From NCBI GenBank assembly GCA_951406725.2, contig OX597830.1, positions 37,758,001-37,822,000 on the forward strand: a stretch of 64,000 nucleotides of DNA, read 5' to 3'. Source of the stretch: Octopus vulgaris (Eukaryota). The notes under the pieces were generated by a model that was not told where the DNA came from, did no database searches, and worked only from the letters and a program-made list of their open reading frames with translations. Of the stretch, positions 13,412 through 27,482 are shown piece after piece. Numbering within the stretch: position 1 is the stretch's first letter; each line of letters begins with the position of its first letter. Both the position numbers and the translations under genes were made by a program.

Positions 13412-14518
13412 TTATACAGCTTCGGATTTTCTTGTTGACATACTTCCCCGTATTTGCGTTCGTTCATAGTCGTACGTACTGAGCGCTGGAGAGGAGCAAC
13501 ATAGAAGCTTTCGAAAACTTTTCCTAAAATTATCGGATAAGAAGGCATAAAGTATTGGATTCATACAACTATTGGCGTATGCGAAGCAGTTGGCTATAAG
13601 ATGAATCCAGAAGTTTGTGGCATTCGCGGCATAAACTCCAGCACTGTGAAGCATGAATATAATTTGGATTGGCAACCAGCAAATAGCAAAGAGAATCACA
13701 ACTATAACTATCATACGTGTGACCCTCTTTTTTGATCTTATACTTTCTGCTGACTGATTGCGCGGGGTTATTCCAAAGAGAAGGCGCCTAAGCATGAAAC
13801 CATATAGAATGCACACTAATGTTAATGGGATGACGTAACCTGCAACAAAAAATGCAACATAGAATATAATGTTCAACATTGGATCTTCGGAAGCAGCAGT
13901 GTTCACGCATGACTGACGTTGTTCTCCGTGATATACGTAGACCAGAAGGTCAAATTGGATTAACAGTGGTGCATTTGCTGCCAAGATGATCACCCAAACA
14001 ATTATTACCATTATTAAACAGTTCTTTTCTGTCCGTATAGTCATCGACCTGATAGGGTGTACCACCGCTAGATACCGGTCGAATGACATCAGCACGAGTG
14101 TATAGACACTAGCGTAAGCGCACACATATGTCAAATACTGCATTATTTTACACCAAACTCTGCCAAACGGCCACCGAGGTATTACATATTTAGCTGCTGT
14201 AAATGGCACACAAAAGACGATAAAACATAAATCAGCCAAGGCTAGACTAAATATGAGGATATTTGTGGTATTCACCATTCTTTTGTTTGAAATAATGACG
14301 ATGATAACCAAAAGGTTACCGATGAAACCAACTGTGACGATTACTCCGAACACAATTGGAACAATTATCTTTAGTAATCTTTCTGCAAAATTATTTTCTA
14401 TATTCGTCGTATTGCCAAACGAGTTTCCGCTGCTGTCGTTGTGATACATAATCATCCATACTGTCTCCTCACTGCTGTTCACGAATAGATTAGGCGCTGT
14501 TGACTCATACCAATTCAT
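13412..14518 (-). CDS. Allatostatin-A / galanin-family neuropeptide GPCR (buccalin-receptor-like), 368 aa, single coding exon
   Basis: Seven TM segments with class A motifs: GN (TM1), SLALADL (TM2), WPFGRVWCK (ECL1), DRYLAVVHP (TM3), CWLP (TM6), NSCMNPILYAFLSDNFRKSF (TM7/H8), CC palmitoylation site and N-terminal N-x-S/T sequons. YASVYTLVLMS and SAESIRSKKRVTRM are typical of AstA receptors. The ORF track starts at a TTG (14539); the first in-frame ATG is 14518. Confidence 0.93.
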   Translation of the reverse strand: MNWYESTAPNLFVNSSEETVWMIMYHNDSSGNSFGNTTNIENNFAERLLKIIVPIVFGVIVTVGFIGNLLVIIVIISNKRMVNTTNILIFSLALADLCFIVFCVPFTAAKYVIPRWPFGRVWCKIMQYLTYVCAYASVYTLVLMSFDRYLAVVHPIRSMTIRTEKNCLIMVIIVWVIILAANAPLLIQFDLLVYVYHGEQRQSCVNTAASEDPMLNIIFYVAFFVAGYVIPLTLVCILYGFMLRRLLFGITPRNQSAESIRSKKRVTRMIVIVVILFAICWLPIQIIFMLHSAGVYAANATNFWIHLIANCFAYANSCMNPILYAFLSDNFRKSFRKLLCCSSPALSTYDYERTQIRGSMSTRKSEAV

Positions 14519-14531
14519 TGTGTATTCTCTC

Positions 14532-14563
14532 TTATTCAAAATCCATCAATTTATCATTTTCAT
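14532..14563 (-). promoter_or_regulatory. Two overlapping upstream ORFs (MKMIN* 14563-14546; MDFE* 14546-14532)
   Basis: Minus strand ATG AAA ATG ATA AAT TGA overlaps ATG GAT TTT GAA TAA via TGATG. Both lie between the splice acceptor and the receptor ATG. Confidence 0.55.
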
Positions 14564-14577
14564 TTTATGTTAGTTTT

Positions 14578-14602
14578 CTGAAATAAAATAGAACAAAATA
14601 TA
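14578..14602 (-). promoter_or_regulatory. 3' splice acceptor of a 5'-UTR intron of the GPCR
   Basis: Minus strand TATATTTTGTTCTATTTTATTTCAG|AAAAC, 59 nt upstream of the ATG. In-frame stops after the acceptor imply that upstream exons are non-coding. Confidence 0.7.
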
Positions 14603-16175
14603 ATTATTCATTGCACGCAAGTATAAATTTATTTAACATACAAAAAAAATAAAAATAAATATAAGTCAATTTCAATTGCCATAGACAGTCCCTCAACAAG
14701 ATAACACAGCAAATATTTGACATACCTATTTGCTACAAGAAAACAACAGGTAGTTAACAATGATATTTTCTTCCTTTTATTTGTACTGGAGGTAAGTAAT
14801 TAGGATTCATATGACTAAAGTAGTTTCGCCTATCCCATAAGCACCTTCAATTGCGACTGAGAGTGCAGAAGCCTCTATATTGCTAGAAATAAGAGTAAAA
14901 AACTCTTAACGCTGTAAGAAAAACGTAATATATATAATGATATATATATTTCAAGGAACTCATAACTTTGCCTCGATGTAACAAACAAAATTATTTTATT
15001 TCGCTCTTATTAGCATTTCACTTCAATTATGCGAATGAATCTTTACGGAAATTGTCAAAAATATTAGTGCGTTGCCACTCAACATATTCCCAGTACTACA
15101 TACGTGTTGCTCATTGACATGAACAATGTGAAACCTCGCAGCAAAATGATGTAATAATTCATGAAACGTTAAATAGTTAATATTCGATTAATTTCTTTCG
15201 AAATGTTTGTTGTTCCTAATCAAATTTAAAATGTCATAACACTTCCTTTATATGCCAGATTACAACTCGCACATTTTCGGCTCTAGACTAAATATTTCTA
15301 ATCGTCATTATTCAGCTGACATTTTAAATCAACTTTTCAACTCATGTTTTTTTCTCATCGATAGTTCTCAGATACATATTCCTCTTCTTATCTTTTGTTG
15401 TGTTTGGAAGTTGTCTTACATTTGACAGTATTTTAATTTGTGTCACATGGAATTTATATAGAGAAATGATGAAAATGACGTTCCCTTTGCTCTTTAATAG
15501 TTTTACCTTTCCCAGAATTGGTTATATAAGGAAAATCTTGCAGTTAAGTTGTGTAATCAAGCATATTCGTAACCATAATGCGATGAAAATTCGACCATTC
15601 TCTATTAACTCATTCTTCAGACTAATTGGTCCCGAATTACATTATCAAAAATATGCATATATAAGGTGGTAATGGGGTTGAAGGAAAATCTGTCAGCTTC
15701 AGGATCCTACATTGATGCATTTCCTAGCACGTTGATCTAAGTTCATGCGCAATACGACGTTAATTATTCATATCCTATTTTCTGTCTCCTCAATCATACA
15801 GAAAATATTTTTTTCGAAATTTCAGTCTAAGTCTCTTATATAAATTTCAGTAAGAATACAATGCTAAACAGACGTTTTTATAAATGTGTATCAAGTAAGT
15901 ATTCCACGAGCAAATATATAAAAAAGCAACGAGAAATATGGAAATGATTTGAAATATGAATTTATCAAAATATATTGGTTCATTTACTGTGAAAGCTTTC
16001 GAGAAAAACATTTTGATTCATTACTATAGCAAAATCTTTCGATGAGGGAATTCTGTATAAATGCATCATACTTTAAAATTCGTAAACTAACAACGGTGTC
16101 ATTTTGTGTTGCAATATTCCAACATTGTTGCAAATTTTTCATGAATGCAAACCTTCAGAAAATAAGGAGTACGTA

Positions 16176-16628
16176 GGCGCAGGAGTGGCTGTGTGGTAAG
16201 TAGATTGCTTACCAGCCACATGGCTCTGAGTTCATTCTCATTGCATGGCACCTTGGGCAGGTGTCTTTTATTATAGCCTCGGGCCGACCAAAGCCTTGTG
16301 AGTAGATTTGGTAGACGGAAGCTGAAAGAAGCCCACTGTATATATATACATATATATATTTATATATATCTATGTATGTATGTGTGTGTATATGTATGTG
16401 TGTGTATATGTATGTGTGTCAGTGTTTGTCCCCCCAACATCGCTTGACAACCGATGCTAGTGTGTTTAAGTCCTCGTAACATAGCGGTTCGGCAAAATAT
16501 ACCAATAGAATAGATACTAGGCTTACAAAGAATAAATCTGGGTTCGATTTGCTCGACTAAAGTCGGTGCCCCAGCATAGCCGCAGTCGAATGACTGAAAC
16601 AAGTAAAAGAGTAAAAAGAGTAAAGAGT
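16176..16628 (+). mobile_element. Full-length SINE family B with internal (TA/TG)n
   Basis: Head GGCGCAGGAGTGGCTGTGTGGTAAG, B-box-like GAGTTCATTCTC, CORE-like CACCTTGGGCAGGTGTC and an (AAGAGTA)-type tail. Colinear with 52862-53266 (-) and 46718-47075 (+). A second head fragment lies at 16791-16837. Confidence 0.9.
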
Positions 16629-16839
16629 TCTGATAGTGAATATACTCGGGAATCAACATGCAAATTATTATAATGACTACTTCCATGTACTCAAATCAAA
16701 AGATATTCATATAACGGAATATTACATAATATATGGTTCGGTGCCCCCTTGAAAAGTTTTCCCGAATGGTCAATATATTAACATAAAGTAAGCAGGACTG
16801 GCTGTGTGGTAAGTAGCTTGCTTACCAACCATATGGTGG

Positions 16840-17418
16840 GTGTCCTAGCATATGTGCTGCTTCTTTTATCTTTCGTATTTTTCAGTGGTTTCCACTGTCT
16901 ATTATTATGGGAAAATGGAGACCACATATCCCTGTGGGATGAAGTTTAAATAATAGACAGAGAACACCACTGGAATATACGAAAACTAAAAGAAGCAGCA
17001 CATATTCTAGGGCACAACAACCCCCTAAGCAGGCTGAGTGCAGATATGAGTAGCATATGGAAACCGGTATTAAGGAAGGCTAGGAAAATATTAGACTTAT
17101 AAACCTTAAAATTCACTCCATATAGCGTATTAGTTATAAGCGCAAGGTACTAAACCCAAGATTCCTAGTTCGATTCTAAGTAGTGACCTGAACTATAACA
17201 ACAACAACAAAAATAATTATAATAATAATGTTAACATCGAAAAATACATTAGGGATGAGAAGCCAGGTTCGAAATTTCCCCAAGACACCTGAACAAGGGT
17301 GGAAGGTGTGTCAGCCGAAACGTTGTGTTAACAACAAACCAGATGGGGACAAATATTCCTCAAATGTAAATAACGTAAATAATGTACATAATTTCTCATC
17401 ACTTAAATATAGAACTGA
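16840..17418 (+). mobile_element. Penelope-like element relic: inverted 5' segment, GIY-YIG C-terminus, tRNA-like segment, degenerate hammerhead
   Basis: 16908-17102 translates WENGDHISLWDEV*IIDREHHWNIRKLKEAAHILGHNNPLSRLSADMSSIWKPVL (PLE endonuclease end). 16840-16905 is an inverted copy of 16950-17015. tRNA-like segment at 17113-17186; GACAC-CTGAACA...CAGCC-GAAACGTT-GTGTT at 17284-17329. Confidence 0.75.
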
Positions 17419-17419
17419 A

Positions 17420-18314
<895 letters not shown>

Positions 18315-18724
18315 TGTAAAAAGAATCAGGTTGTTTAAATGAGATATAATCTCCGCTATTACGTCACTATCGCATCTTGACGCCTTTTTTTCATCGGCAG
18401 TGAAAAAAAGATAGACATAATTCGACCCCTACTATATTGGTTTATACACTCACATATATCCCCCCACCACACACACAAACACCACAAACACACATATATA
18501 GTAGGATAAGAAATAGATAGTCTTTGGTACACTATTTTATGTTTTATTTATATTTCCTGAGCGCCATACTAATACAATTGTTTGTTTGTATTCCACCTGC
18601 CTTCGTGTTTGGTTATTTCCGTAAACCTGCCTTCGTCTTTTGTCTATTTTCATAAAGCTTCCCGTTATATATATATATATATACATATACATATAGTAGA
18701 ATAAGAAAATGTATATATATATAT

Positions 18725-19338
18725 GACCGGTTTGCGGAATAACTCAAGTCTCCTCTTCCTGTAACCCTCCTCCCCTATCCATCCACTTCCACCCCACCCA
18801 TTCCTTACACCCACTCCCGCCCTCAGCCTAACCCACACTCCACCCTTCCTTTCCACATTCTTGCCTCTCCTACATCCCAACGCCACTACATCACCACACC
18901 ACACACCACAACACTACATAACATCACACCACCATGCACACACTAGAACTGACCACTTTCCAGAACCACACCTTCATCCACACACCTACACATGCAAACA
19001 TGCACACGTTAAGATCACCAGCCCTCTTCCACACGCACATACATGCCCTATTATACACACGCACGCGCACCTTCGTTTTGGGATCACCACTACTTTATTA
19101 TTTCCCCTTCCTCCTAGCTCTCCTGTGTGATCCCTTTGAATGGCGTTCGCCACGCTAGATCGCTAGCCACTACATATTATTTATTTTCTTTCCTTGTTTC
19201 CGTCTGTGTTCCTTTCTGTGGAAGAGCGTAGGCACGAAACTTTAAAAACTTTTTCACTTCCCGAGCGTTGGACTAATACATCTGTTTGTTGCCTACACCA
19301 CCTGTTTTCGTCTTTTGTATTTTTTGTGAATTCTCCCT

Positions 19339-19342
<4 letters not shown>
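18725..19342 (+). mobile_element. Non-coding CA-rich repeat ending in a hammerhead-like (Penelope pLTR-type) module
   Basis: 18880-19128 aligns with 44085-44350 (-). 19160-19340 aligns with 20135-20325, 27371-27482 and 18555-18665. Contains CTGTGGA-A-GAGC-GTAG-GCAC-GAAAC at 19216-19240. Confidence 0.7.
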
Positions 19343-19410
<68 letters not shown>

Positions 19411-19526
19411 AGTGGAAAATGGAAACAAATTTACAAGAGGTTCAAATCCTTAAATCCTTAAAAATGTTTTAGCCCGAAGGCCGCGGCCATGCTGGGGCAC
19501 CACCGCTGATATTTAAATTATTTATA

Positions 19527-19614
19527 TCACCGATATATATGTTTCGATGGATACATTAATATTAATCCGGGCGAAAAAGAAGGTGGTATACAGTATCAAT
19601 CTCTTCAGGGTTGA
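19527..19614 (-). ncRNA. Type I hammerhead ribozyme-like motif with long stem II loop
   Basis: Minus: TCAACC-CTGAAGA-GAT...ATC-GAAA-CATATATA-TC-GGTGA. The core is intact; stem III has a C/A mismatch. Confidence 0.5.
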
Positions 19615-20021
19615 GTTTATATAAGTACGTGTTCATTAATAAACCATGTTTAAAAATGTAAAAATTATACTATATAATATTTAATATTATAAAAAACAAA
19701 AATTTGATAGAGAGCTCTAGTAATTTTTAAAATACTATTAAGAAGTTTGACGTCATAAATCGTGAGAGGAAGCGAAGAAAGGACAAAACCAAATTAATAC
19801 GAATGGATGAACGAGTAAATAGAATATGAAATGACAAATGGATAGAAACGATGAAGGAAAGAATGGACTGTGATAACTAAATAGAATACAGTTAAAAATA
19901 CAGATCTTAGGCAAAGCACAACAGGCATTATTTGAAATAACTTAAAAGTGCTTATGTGACATTAGGCTACTCTGGTGTCTATTTCTCCAGGTCGTACCTT
20001 CAAAATTAAACATGTATATAC

Positions 20022-20357
<336 letters not shown>

Positions 20358-23300
20358 GTGTGTGTGTGTGTATGTGTGTGTGTGTATGTATGTATATATT
20401 CTCAGCCCCACTACCCCAAAAATGTAAAAATGAATATCACTATATCAGTTCGTAAAAATATGTTGCTCATAGAAAATTTTAGTCGCCAGTAGAAGTGTTC
20501 TCATTGTCGAACGTCTCAGATGAAAATATATAAAAGCAAGAAAAATTTGCACTATGCAAACATGCTTGAAAAAATATATATACCACGAAAGATACAGTCA
20601 GTATTTCATGATATCAATAAAGAACAATGGTAAACAACCTGAAATATACTGCAGTAAAAACAGCATAACAAATACTGGAAAGCTCAGAATCAAACACCCA
20701 CTGTAGTATAAGCTCCTTGTAAAATAGAAACGCATGTACAGTTATGAAAGGACGTGTCAGTCAATTCGACTCTAGGACGAAACGGTTTTTTCTTGAATCT
20801 AAATAGGAATGGAGCGCCACTGCAAACGAGGATAAAGATAACAACTGCAAAACATGAACAATAGATGATTTCAATAATAACGAAAGGTATCTCAAATGGT
20901 ACATATGTTGCTTGTCAATATATGTATATTACTTGTCGGCGATAATGCTGTAGTTTGGAATACCAACATAAAAAAAAGAATATAATTTCCAAAATAACTG
21001 AGTGGATCCATTAAATATTTATAATGCTCAGCTGCTGAGCAGTTGTGACATAGCCTAAGCTATAGACGAAGAAAGAACTTTCTGAGGGGGGATTAAGAGA
21101 AAGCCTTTCACTTGATAAACACACAAGGGCAGTATAAATATTGTCCTTGAATAACATAGCCAAATAACAAGCTGATTTTTCAAGTAGGCCAATAATAATT
21201 AGCCGACAGTGCGCATTAAAATGTCATACAGAGAATTATAAAAATAATTCCGCTTAATAAAGTGTCTTCCTTTCTTTCTTTCTCACTTCATTTCATTCAT
21301 TTTTCTTTCTTTCTTTCTCACTATATCTCACTTTATGCATCTCATGCTCTGTCTCTCTCAGTCTCTCTCTCACTTCATCACTTGCAACTTACAAGCAACA
21401 CGGCATTCATATATATTTAGCTTTTGCAGAATGTGTTCTGGTACAAACCCACAGAAAATCATGGAATCACTCGTTGCAGAACAGTACCAACTGAGACGTT
21501 TGAGAAATACTTTGTTGTTCCTGTTGATGAAGCGATGTGGATAAACGAACCCAGGCAAACTTGAAGACAATACATTACTGAACGCCTCTAGTACCATATT
21601 TTGTAGAATGGATAGCATAATTCACACAAATACACACTTTTAATCTAAGTAGCATATCTGGGTAGAAACAGAACATGAAAATAAAAAAAACAAACAATTT
21701 ATAGCAAGGATTTTGGAGCTGCAGAAAAATCTATTCTTCAACCTATTCTTAATATATATCTTTGCAGTGCCAATAAGTCTGTTAGCAATACTAAACAATG
21801 ATGCAAGTAATATAATTATTTCACTCAGAATAAATCATTTGGAATGAAACGTTTTCATATACAGGATGGTTATGTTTACCTTAAATAGACAATTTTCTAC
21901 AAATCGTATACTTTCGTAATATATCTAATGTTGGACTACAACGAAGTAGATATAAAGGAAAATTATATGCCGATAGCATTTGCAAATATGACAAAAAGTG
22001 TATTTTGATTATTTTACACAACTAAAAAAACAAAGAGAAACAGTTACTCCCTAAACTACAGATGTGATGCGGGCATACAAATCATAATGACAGACATATG
22101 GAAAAAGGCAGATGCTATGAAAACGATTAAACGTTAGAAATTATTCGAAAAATGTCACGAATACACATGATGGAAAGGCATACTAACAAATAATTTCAGG
22201 GAAGCAAGAACAGCATAAACTTGGTTAATAATATCAAAGTGAAATTAATGAGGATAAAAAAAAAAAAGATTTAACAATTTTGGCGGATACCTACCAGTTA
22301 CATATAACGAAGAGCCATACATGATGTAACTGCTAAGTAGATGAAGGCCGTAAAGAAAGAATCAATTACCTTATCTAACAGCCCAGTTTTAGCCAAATAT
22401 ATGTAGATATACGTGGTTGTATATTTGTATTTGCTTACGCAACAAACATACACGCATACGTACGCGCAAACCCACACACCACCATGCACACAAACGCGCA
22501 TTCGTATACGCAAGAACACACACATACACAGAAGCACGCTCACATAAGTACGTACACACACTTTAGCAATATATACCTGCATGACAGTTTTATAGCTGCA
22601 CACTGGAAATTAAGCTGTCAACCTAGAGCACTAACTTACGTTATAAAATATATCCGAGAATGAGAAAGTAACTATACCTACAGGTATACGAAATATTATG
22701 GACAATGTTATTTCAAATCATCTATATATCGCCAATGGCCAATAGAAAACTCTGTGCCTTCATTCATATCTTAGATGCTTAAATGACAGTATAACTTCTA
22801 CAGATATTGAAAAATAAAGAAATTCTATCAAAATTTTAAGAGTAAGTATAAGCAAAGTGCGTGAAAATGAGAAGTGAAACCGAAAATAAGCACCATAAAA
22901 TGTGACTGACAGTAGATATGATAAATCTGAAGTGTGAATGACAATAAATATAATAAATCCGAAGACTTTCGCTCATATACATCAGACACAAGCGCATTAT
23001 TAGACAGTCCACACATATTAGATGCAATAGCTTCAGTAGAAAAATACAAAACCCAAACAAAATATTGCGCATACTCAAGTCTTATCGAGCTGCGGTCAGT
23101 TGTGTAGTGAAATGACAAACACAATGAGAACAACAACTGATTTAATAATAATTTAACGATTTCCTATGGTTTCAAAAGAATATCTGACATTGCCAGAAAT
23201 GCTTAGGAAATGTATGGACAATAAGAGAAACCACAATAAACGAAGAATGTTTATTTTATCAAACTATATGGACTTACTATATGAAATTACCATGAGCAAT

Positions 23301-25338
23301 ACTCTATCACAGTTTGCCTCAAATAATCTTGACATATACTTATTTATGCAAAATTGAGCGCATATGATTCTGCTAGTGTAACGCTTGGAACTTCAAGTGG
23401 AGAGGAGTATATTTCAGCTCAACAAACGTTTCATCACAATTAGTATTGTATTCTCAGTGAACGGTTCCACATCAAAGGTTTCACCTTTTCATTTCGTGTC
23501 GCAATTATCTATTTATCTATTTTACCTACACAAGTGAGTGAGGGCACTAGTCGGCACCAGTATTGCTAGAAATAAGAGTTAAAACAACTCATAGTTACAA
23601 CTGATTTTTGTGGCGATGAGTTCTTTTTAATTCTTATTAAAATGGTTTCTTGGTTTATAGTTTCATGAATAATACGTTGTTTACTTTCATTTATGAAAAC
23701 GTGGTAAAGGAAAAAAAAATTATTAGATGAATTCTTTTGAAAAAACTAAGTTGGCACGAATAACAAAGAATTGTTTTAATTTTAGACCTTATCTTGAAAC
23801 TATTATAAGCGGAAATGTACAATATACTACCACTTATCACTTATGAAGGGCTCAGGGAACGTTTTCAACCAGCTACTGCCAAATATATTTAATTTACGCC
23901 GACAATACCCATTGATTTGAAAGGAAATATATCATAGATTATTTTAATCCAACAGGTTTAATGAATCTATTTTCTTGCATCTATTTACATGAATTTGTTT
24001 ACACGTCCATTATATTGGACAGATGCAGTGTTGCCAGAAGAAAAATTTCTGTTGGAACAAGGAACACGTTTTTATATAATTTTACTTACGTTTAGAATTT
24101 CATTTTTACACATACTTGCGTTGTTTACCTCTGCATTAAGTGGAGTCACGGGGAATGACACCAATTAGTAAGAATAAGAGATATATTAGATTTCTAGCAG
24201 TTTTTCACTGAACAAAATAAATCATAAACGCTTTACAATAAATCTAGACATTATAAAGATATAAATCTAAAGAAACCCATGGAAAGCAGAACGTTATTTA
24301 AACACTTTTCCATGCAGTGTATCCTTAACGTCGTTTACGTGAAAAATCAACAATATTTTTTGATTTCGTAATTAACCATGATTCATTCATATTTATTAAT
24401 ATTTTACAACGTTGCTCAGTGGATGCAATTTCATAAATGAATATTTTTTTAGTAAATTTGTTATTACCGATTGGAAATATGACTATTACTAATACTTTTA
24501 AAATTTTAATTGTTACGATTATATCCAAAATGCAAAGGAGGTCGCATAATTAGAAACATGGTCGCCCATAAATCAGCACGAAAATCACTAAATGCAGTGG
24601 TCCGGCACAACATTCACTGCACAAATGAAAATCTAACAAACGAAAAATGTTCATTTCTATAGAATGTGCATTAGCATAATATGAATGTATTTGTCGTTCA
24701 GTAGCTTTGGAAACAACGCGTTTCATTTTGGGACTCTTTGTTTTCACTCATATTCAATATTAAAAGAGTGCATTTGACACAACATATTCTCAACACACAA
24801 ACTCCCAAGCTCTGATAAACACACAGAAATTGACAGTCTCGATATACAGATACAATAGTTATCCACAATTTCATCATCATTACCACACAAATACACGATA
24901 TATACATGCCAATAAATACAACATCACACTAGAATATTTTTTGGAACATTTATATTTATCAGCTAAAACCGTAAAAAATGAATCCTGTTCTAAAGTTTAT
25001 ATATCCATGATTTGTCACGGCCACAAAAATCTTGACGTCAAAAATAAGAATAAGTATATTATAAATTTGAAAACCAATTTCTGGCAATGGTAACACATAT
25101 TCATTCCATTATTCTTAAAAGGACAGTAAAACTGTTTTCATGCACACGGAATATGACGAAAAGAAACGACAATTCGCTAGAAGTAAAAGCGTTGACACAA
25201 ATATAAATGAGTGTTATATTTGCTATTGTGAAAGTTATGAATAGAAAAGAAATGTGACGGAATATTTCTAAAGCTATAGTCACGTTGTCCGATACACACG
25301 CAGACAAACATTATGTATATGTACATGTATATATATAC

Positions 25339-25369
<31 letters not shown>

Positions 25370-25406
25370 TGTATATATATGTGAATATGTAAATATATAT
25401 GTATAT

Positions 25407-25452
<46 letters not shown>

Positions 25453-25490
25453 TATGTAAATATATATGTATATATATAAATATATATATG

Positions 25491-25527
<37 letters not shown>

Positions 25528-26470
25528 ACATACTCCCACAACCCCACATAGATATGCATATATATGTGTGTTTGCATATGTATATTCATATATACTCATA
25601 TATAAACACACTTATCTATTAGTCTATTTCTTCTCTTTCTCAATCTCTCTCTGTCTCTACCTATAAATATATGTATAAATCTGTGAGTGTGTGGGTAGAT
25701 AAATAGATAGATAGATGAACGTGAAAGTATATTTGAACAATAACAATTGATGAAAATGCTACATAATATGTAATAAATTGCTTCCAGACAAACCTACCTA
25801 ATGTTAGTGCTATATTCATCGCTAGGACACGAGTGAGAGGATTACAATAAGGAGAATTATCTTTTTATGACTTTGAGTTTTTTTCCCCCTTTCTTTAATA
25901 TATATTTTCTTGCATTCCTATATTTCTTTCTCTTCTGTCAAAAAATTTGAAAGAACTCACGCAAATATTTCATATTTCTTCTCTTTACAGAAGCCAATAT
26001 TTTGTTCGTTTGACGTTACAGCTTTATTCCATAGAAGCGGATCCAACTATTGAATGAAATATCGACACGTTATCAATATTTTTCTAGTTCAGAGCCCAAA
26101 TATATTAGAATAGCGGTGTTGCACCCTACTCGATTGCTATCGAAAGAGCAGATTAATAGTGCGGACTAGTTAGTATATCGTAGCTTTATGTGTGATATTT
26201 TTTTTCATAAATTTTGCATCGAACTTCGTTTTTAAATCTATTTCTGATTATGCTACTTGGTGCTTATGTGTTACACGTCCTATTTATTGGGTTGATTTAT
26301 TATTAGACATTGCATTTGCAATCATCTAATCATTGAATATTATCAGTAAACTTACAATTGGTTGCTTGAACAATTCCAGAATGGTTGGCAGATATGTGCT
26401 TTAATATGTGTTTGCATGTAATGTGAAGCGATGTGTGCGTGTATGTGTGTGTGTATGTGTGTCTGTGTGT

Positions 26471-26508
<38 letters not shown>

Positions 26509-26655
26509 AAAATCTGAGTGTGCATCCCTCTATACATATCTGTTTTGTCCCTGAATACACATCTGTGAGCGAAGTTCTATAAGACTACGTTAATGAAAGA
26601 TAGTCAGCCATTTGCATTTATAGTATATACTAGAAGCGTGCAGCTAATACTGTCC

Positions 26656-26692
<37 letters not shown>

Positions 26693-26693
26693 A

Positions 26694-26755
<62 letters not shown>

Positions 26756-26915
26756 AATGTATGTCTATCTGCCACTTTCGTTACAGAAATCATTCATTTT
26801 TCCACTCTCACTTAGTTTTAATTGTGTCTCTCGGCCCGTATGTTTCTGCATGGTATTGCCTAAGCTTCATTTGCATATAAATGTAAGGAATTCTGTATGA
26901 ATACATGCATACTGA

Positions 26916-27027
<112 letters not shown>

Positions 27028-27100
27028 ACTATACATTTATACATGTTTATTTATATTTTTAAATCTCAGCACGAGAGATATTCAGCAACAGTAATTTTGC

Positions 27101-27370
27101 AGTAAAGATTTTTGTCAACACAACATGGCCTTGCTTAGGACGAATGTTACTGTAATTTAACCCCAGGAGACATCATCTCCAGCTTGCTATACCTCACGAT
27201 CTTTGTCCTTATATTTTCGAACAAAGTCGGTACTAGATTCCCTTGTTCGAAAATATAAGGACAAAAATCTTGTCGTATAGCCAGATGGAGTCGACGTCTC
27301 CTGTGGCTAAAGTACAGCAACAGTCTTCCTAAACCAGGACTGCCATGTTACGTTGGCAAAATTCTTTACT
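27101..27370. mobile_element. Foldback element / MITE with ~125-bp inverted arms
   Basis: 27101-27227 aligns with the reverse complement of 27241-27370, including a perfect TTTGTCCTTATATTTTCGAACAA / TTGTTCGAAAATATAAGGACAAA. Loop is ~14 nt. Confidence 0.85.
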
Positions 27371-27482
27371 TCTATGTTTATTTCCTCGCGTTGCTTTCTG
27401 TTGAAGAGCGTAGGCTAGAAACGTAAAACACATTCTCACATTCCCGAGCCTCAAACTAATACACCTGCTTGTTTATCTGTAC

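Noticed and set aside
13366-13548. Overlapping 60-aa ORF at the receptor C-terminus (also antisense ORF 14253-14444)
   Set aside because: Shadow frames of the real CDS. The main frame already has helix 8, a CC motif and a normal tail.
14519-14539. ORF-track N-terminus MNKREYT of the GPCR
   Set aside because: It starts at TTG; in a eukaryote the first in-frame ATG is at 14518.
17113-17186. Functional tRNA genes here and at 37897-37965
   Set aside because: Stems are mismatched, there is no oligo-T terminator, and both run directly into retroelement bodies.
20400-20900. Possible Penelope linker-region relic (PHYPKNVKMNI...)
   Set aside because: Similarity to the PPY..NV.TN motif is too short and degraded to support.
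21428-21565. Plus-strand acceptor-like TTTTGCAG followed by a short open frame (NVFWYKPTENHG...)
   Set aside because: No recognisable homology and no partner exons; consistent with chance or unrecognised TE debris.
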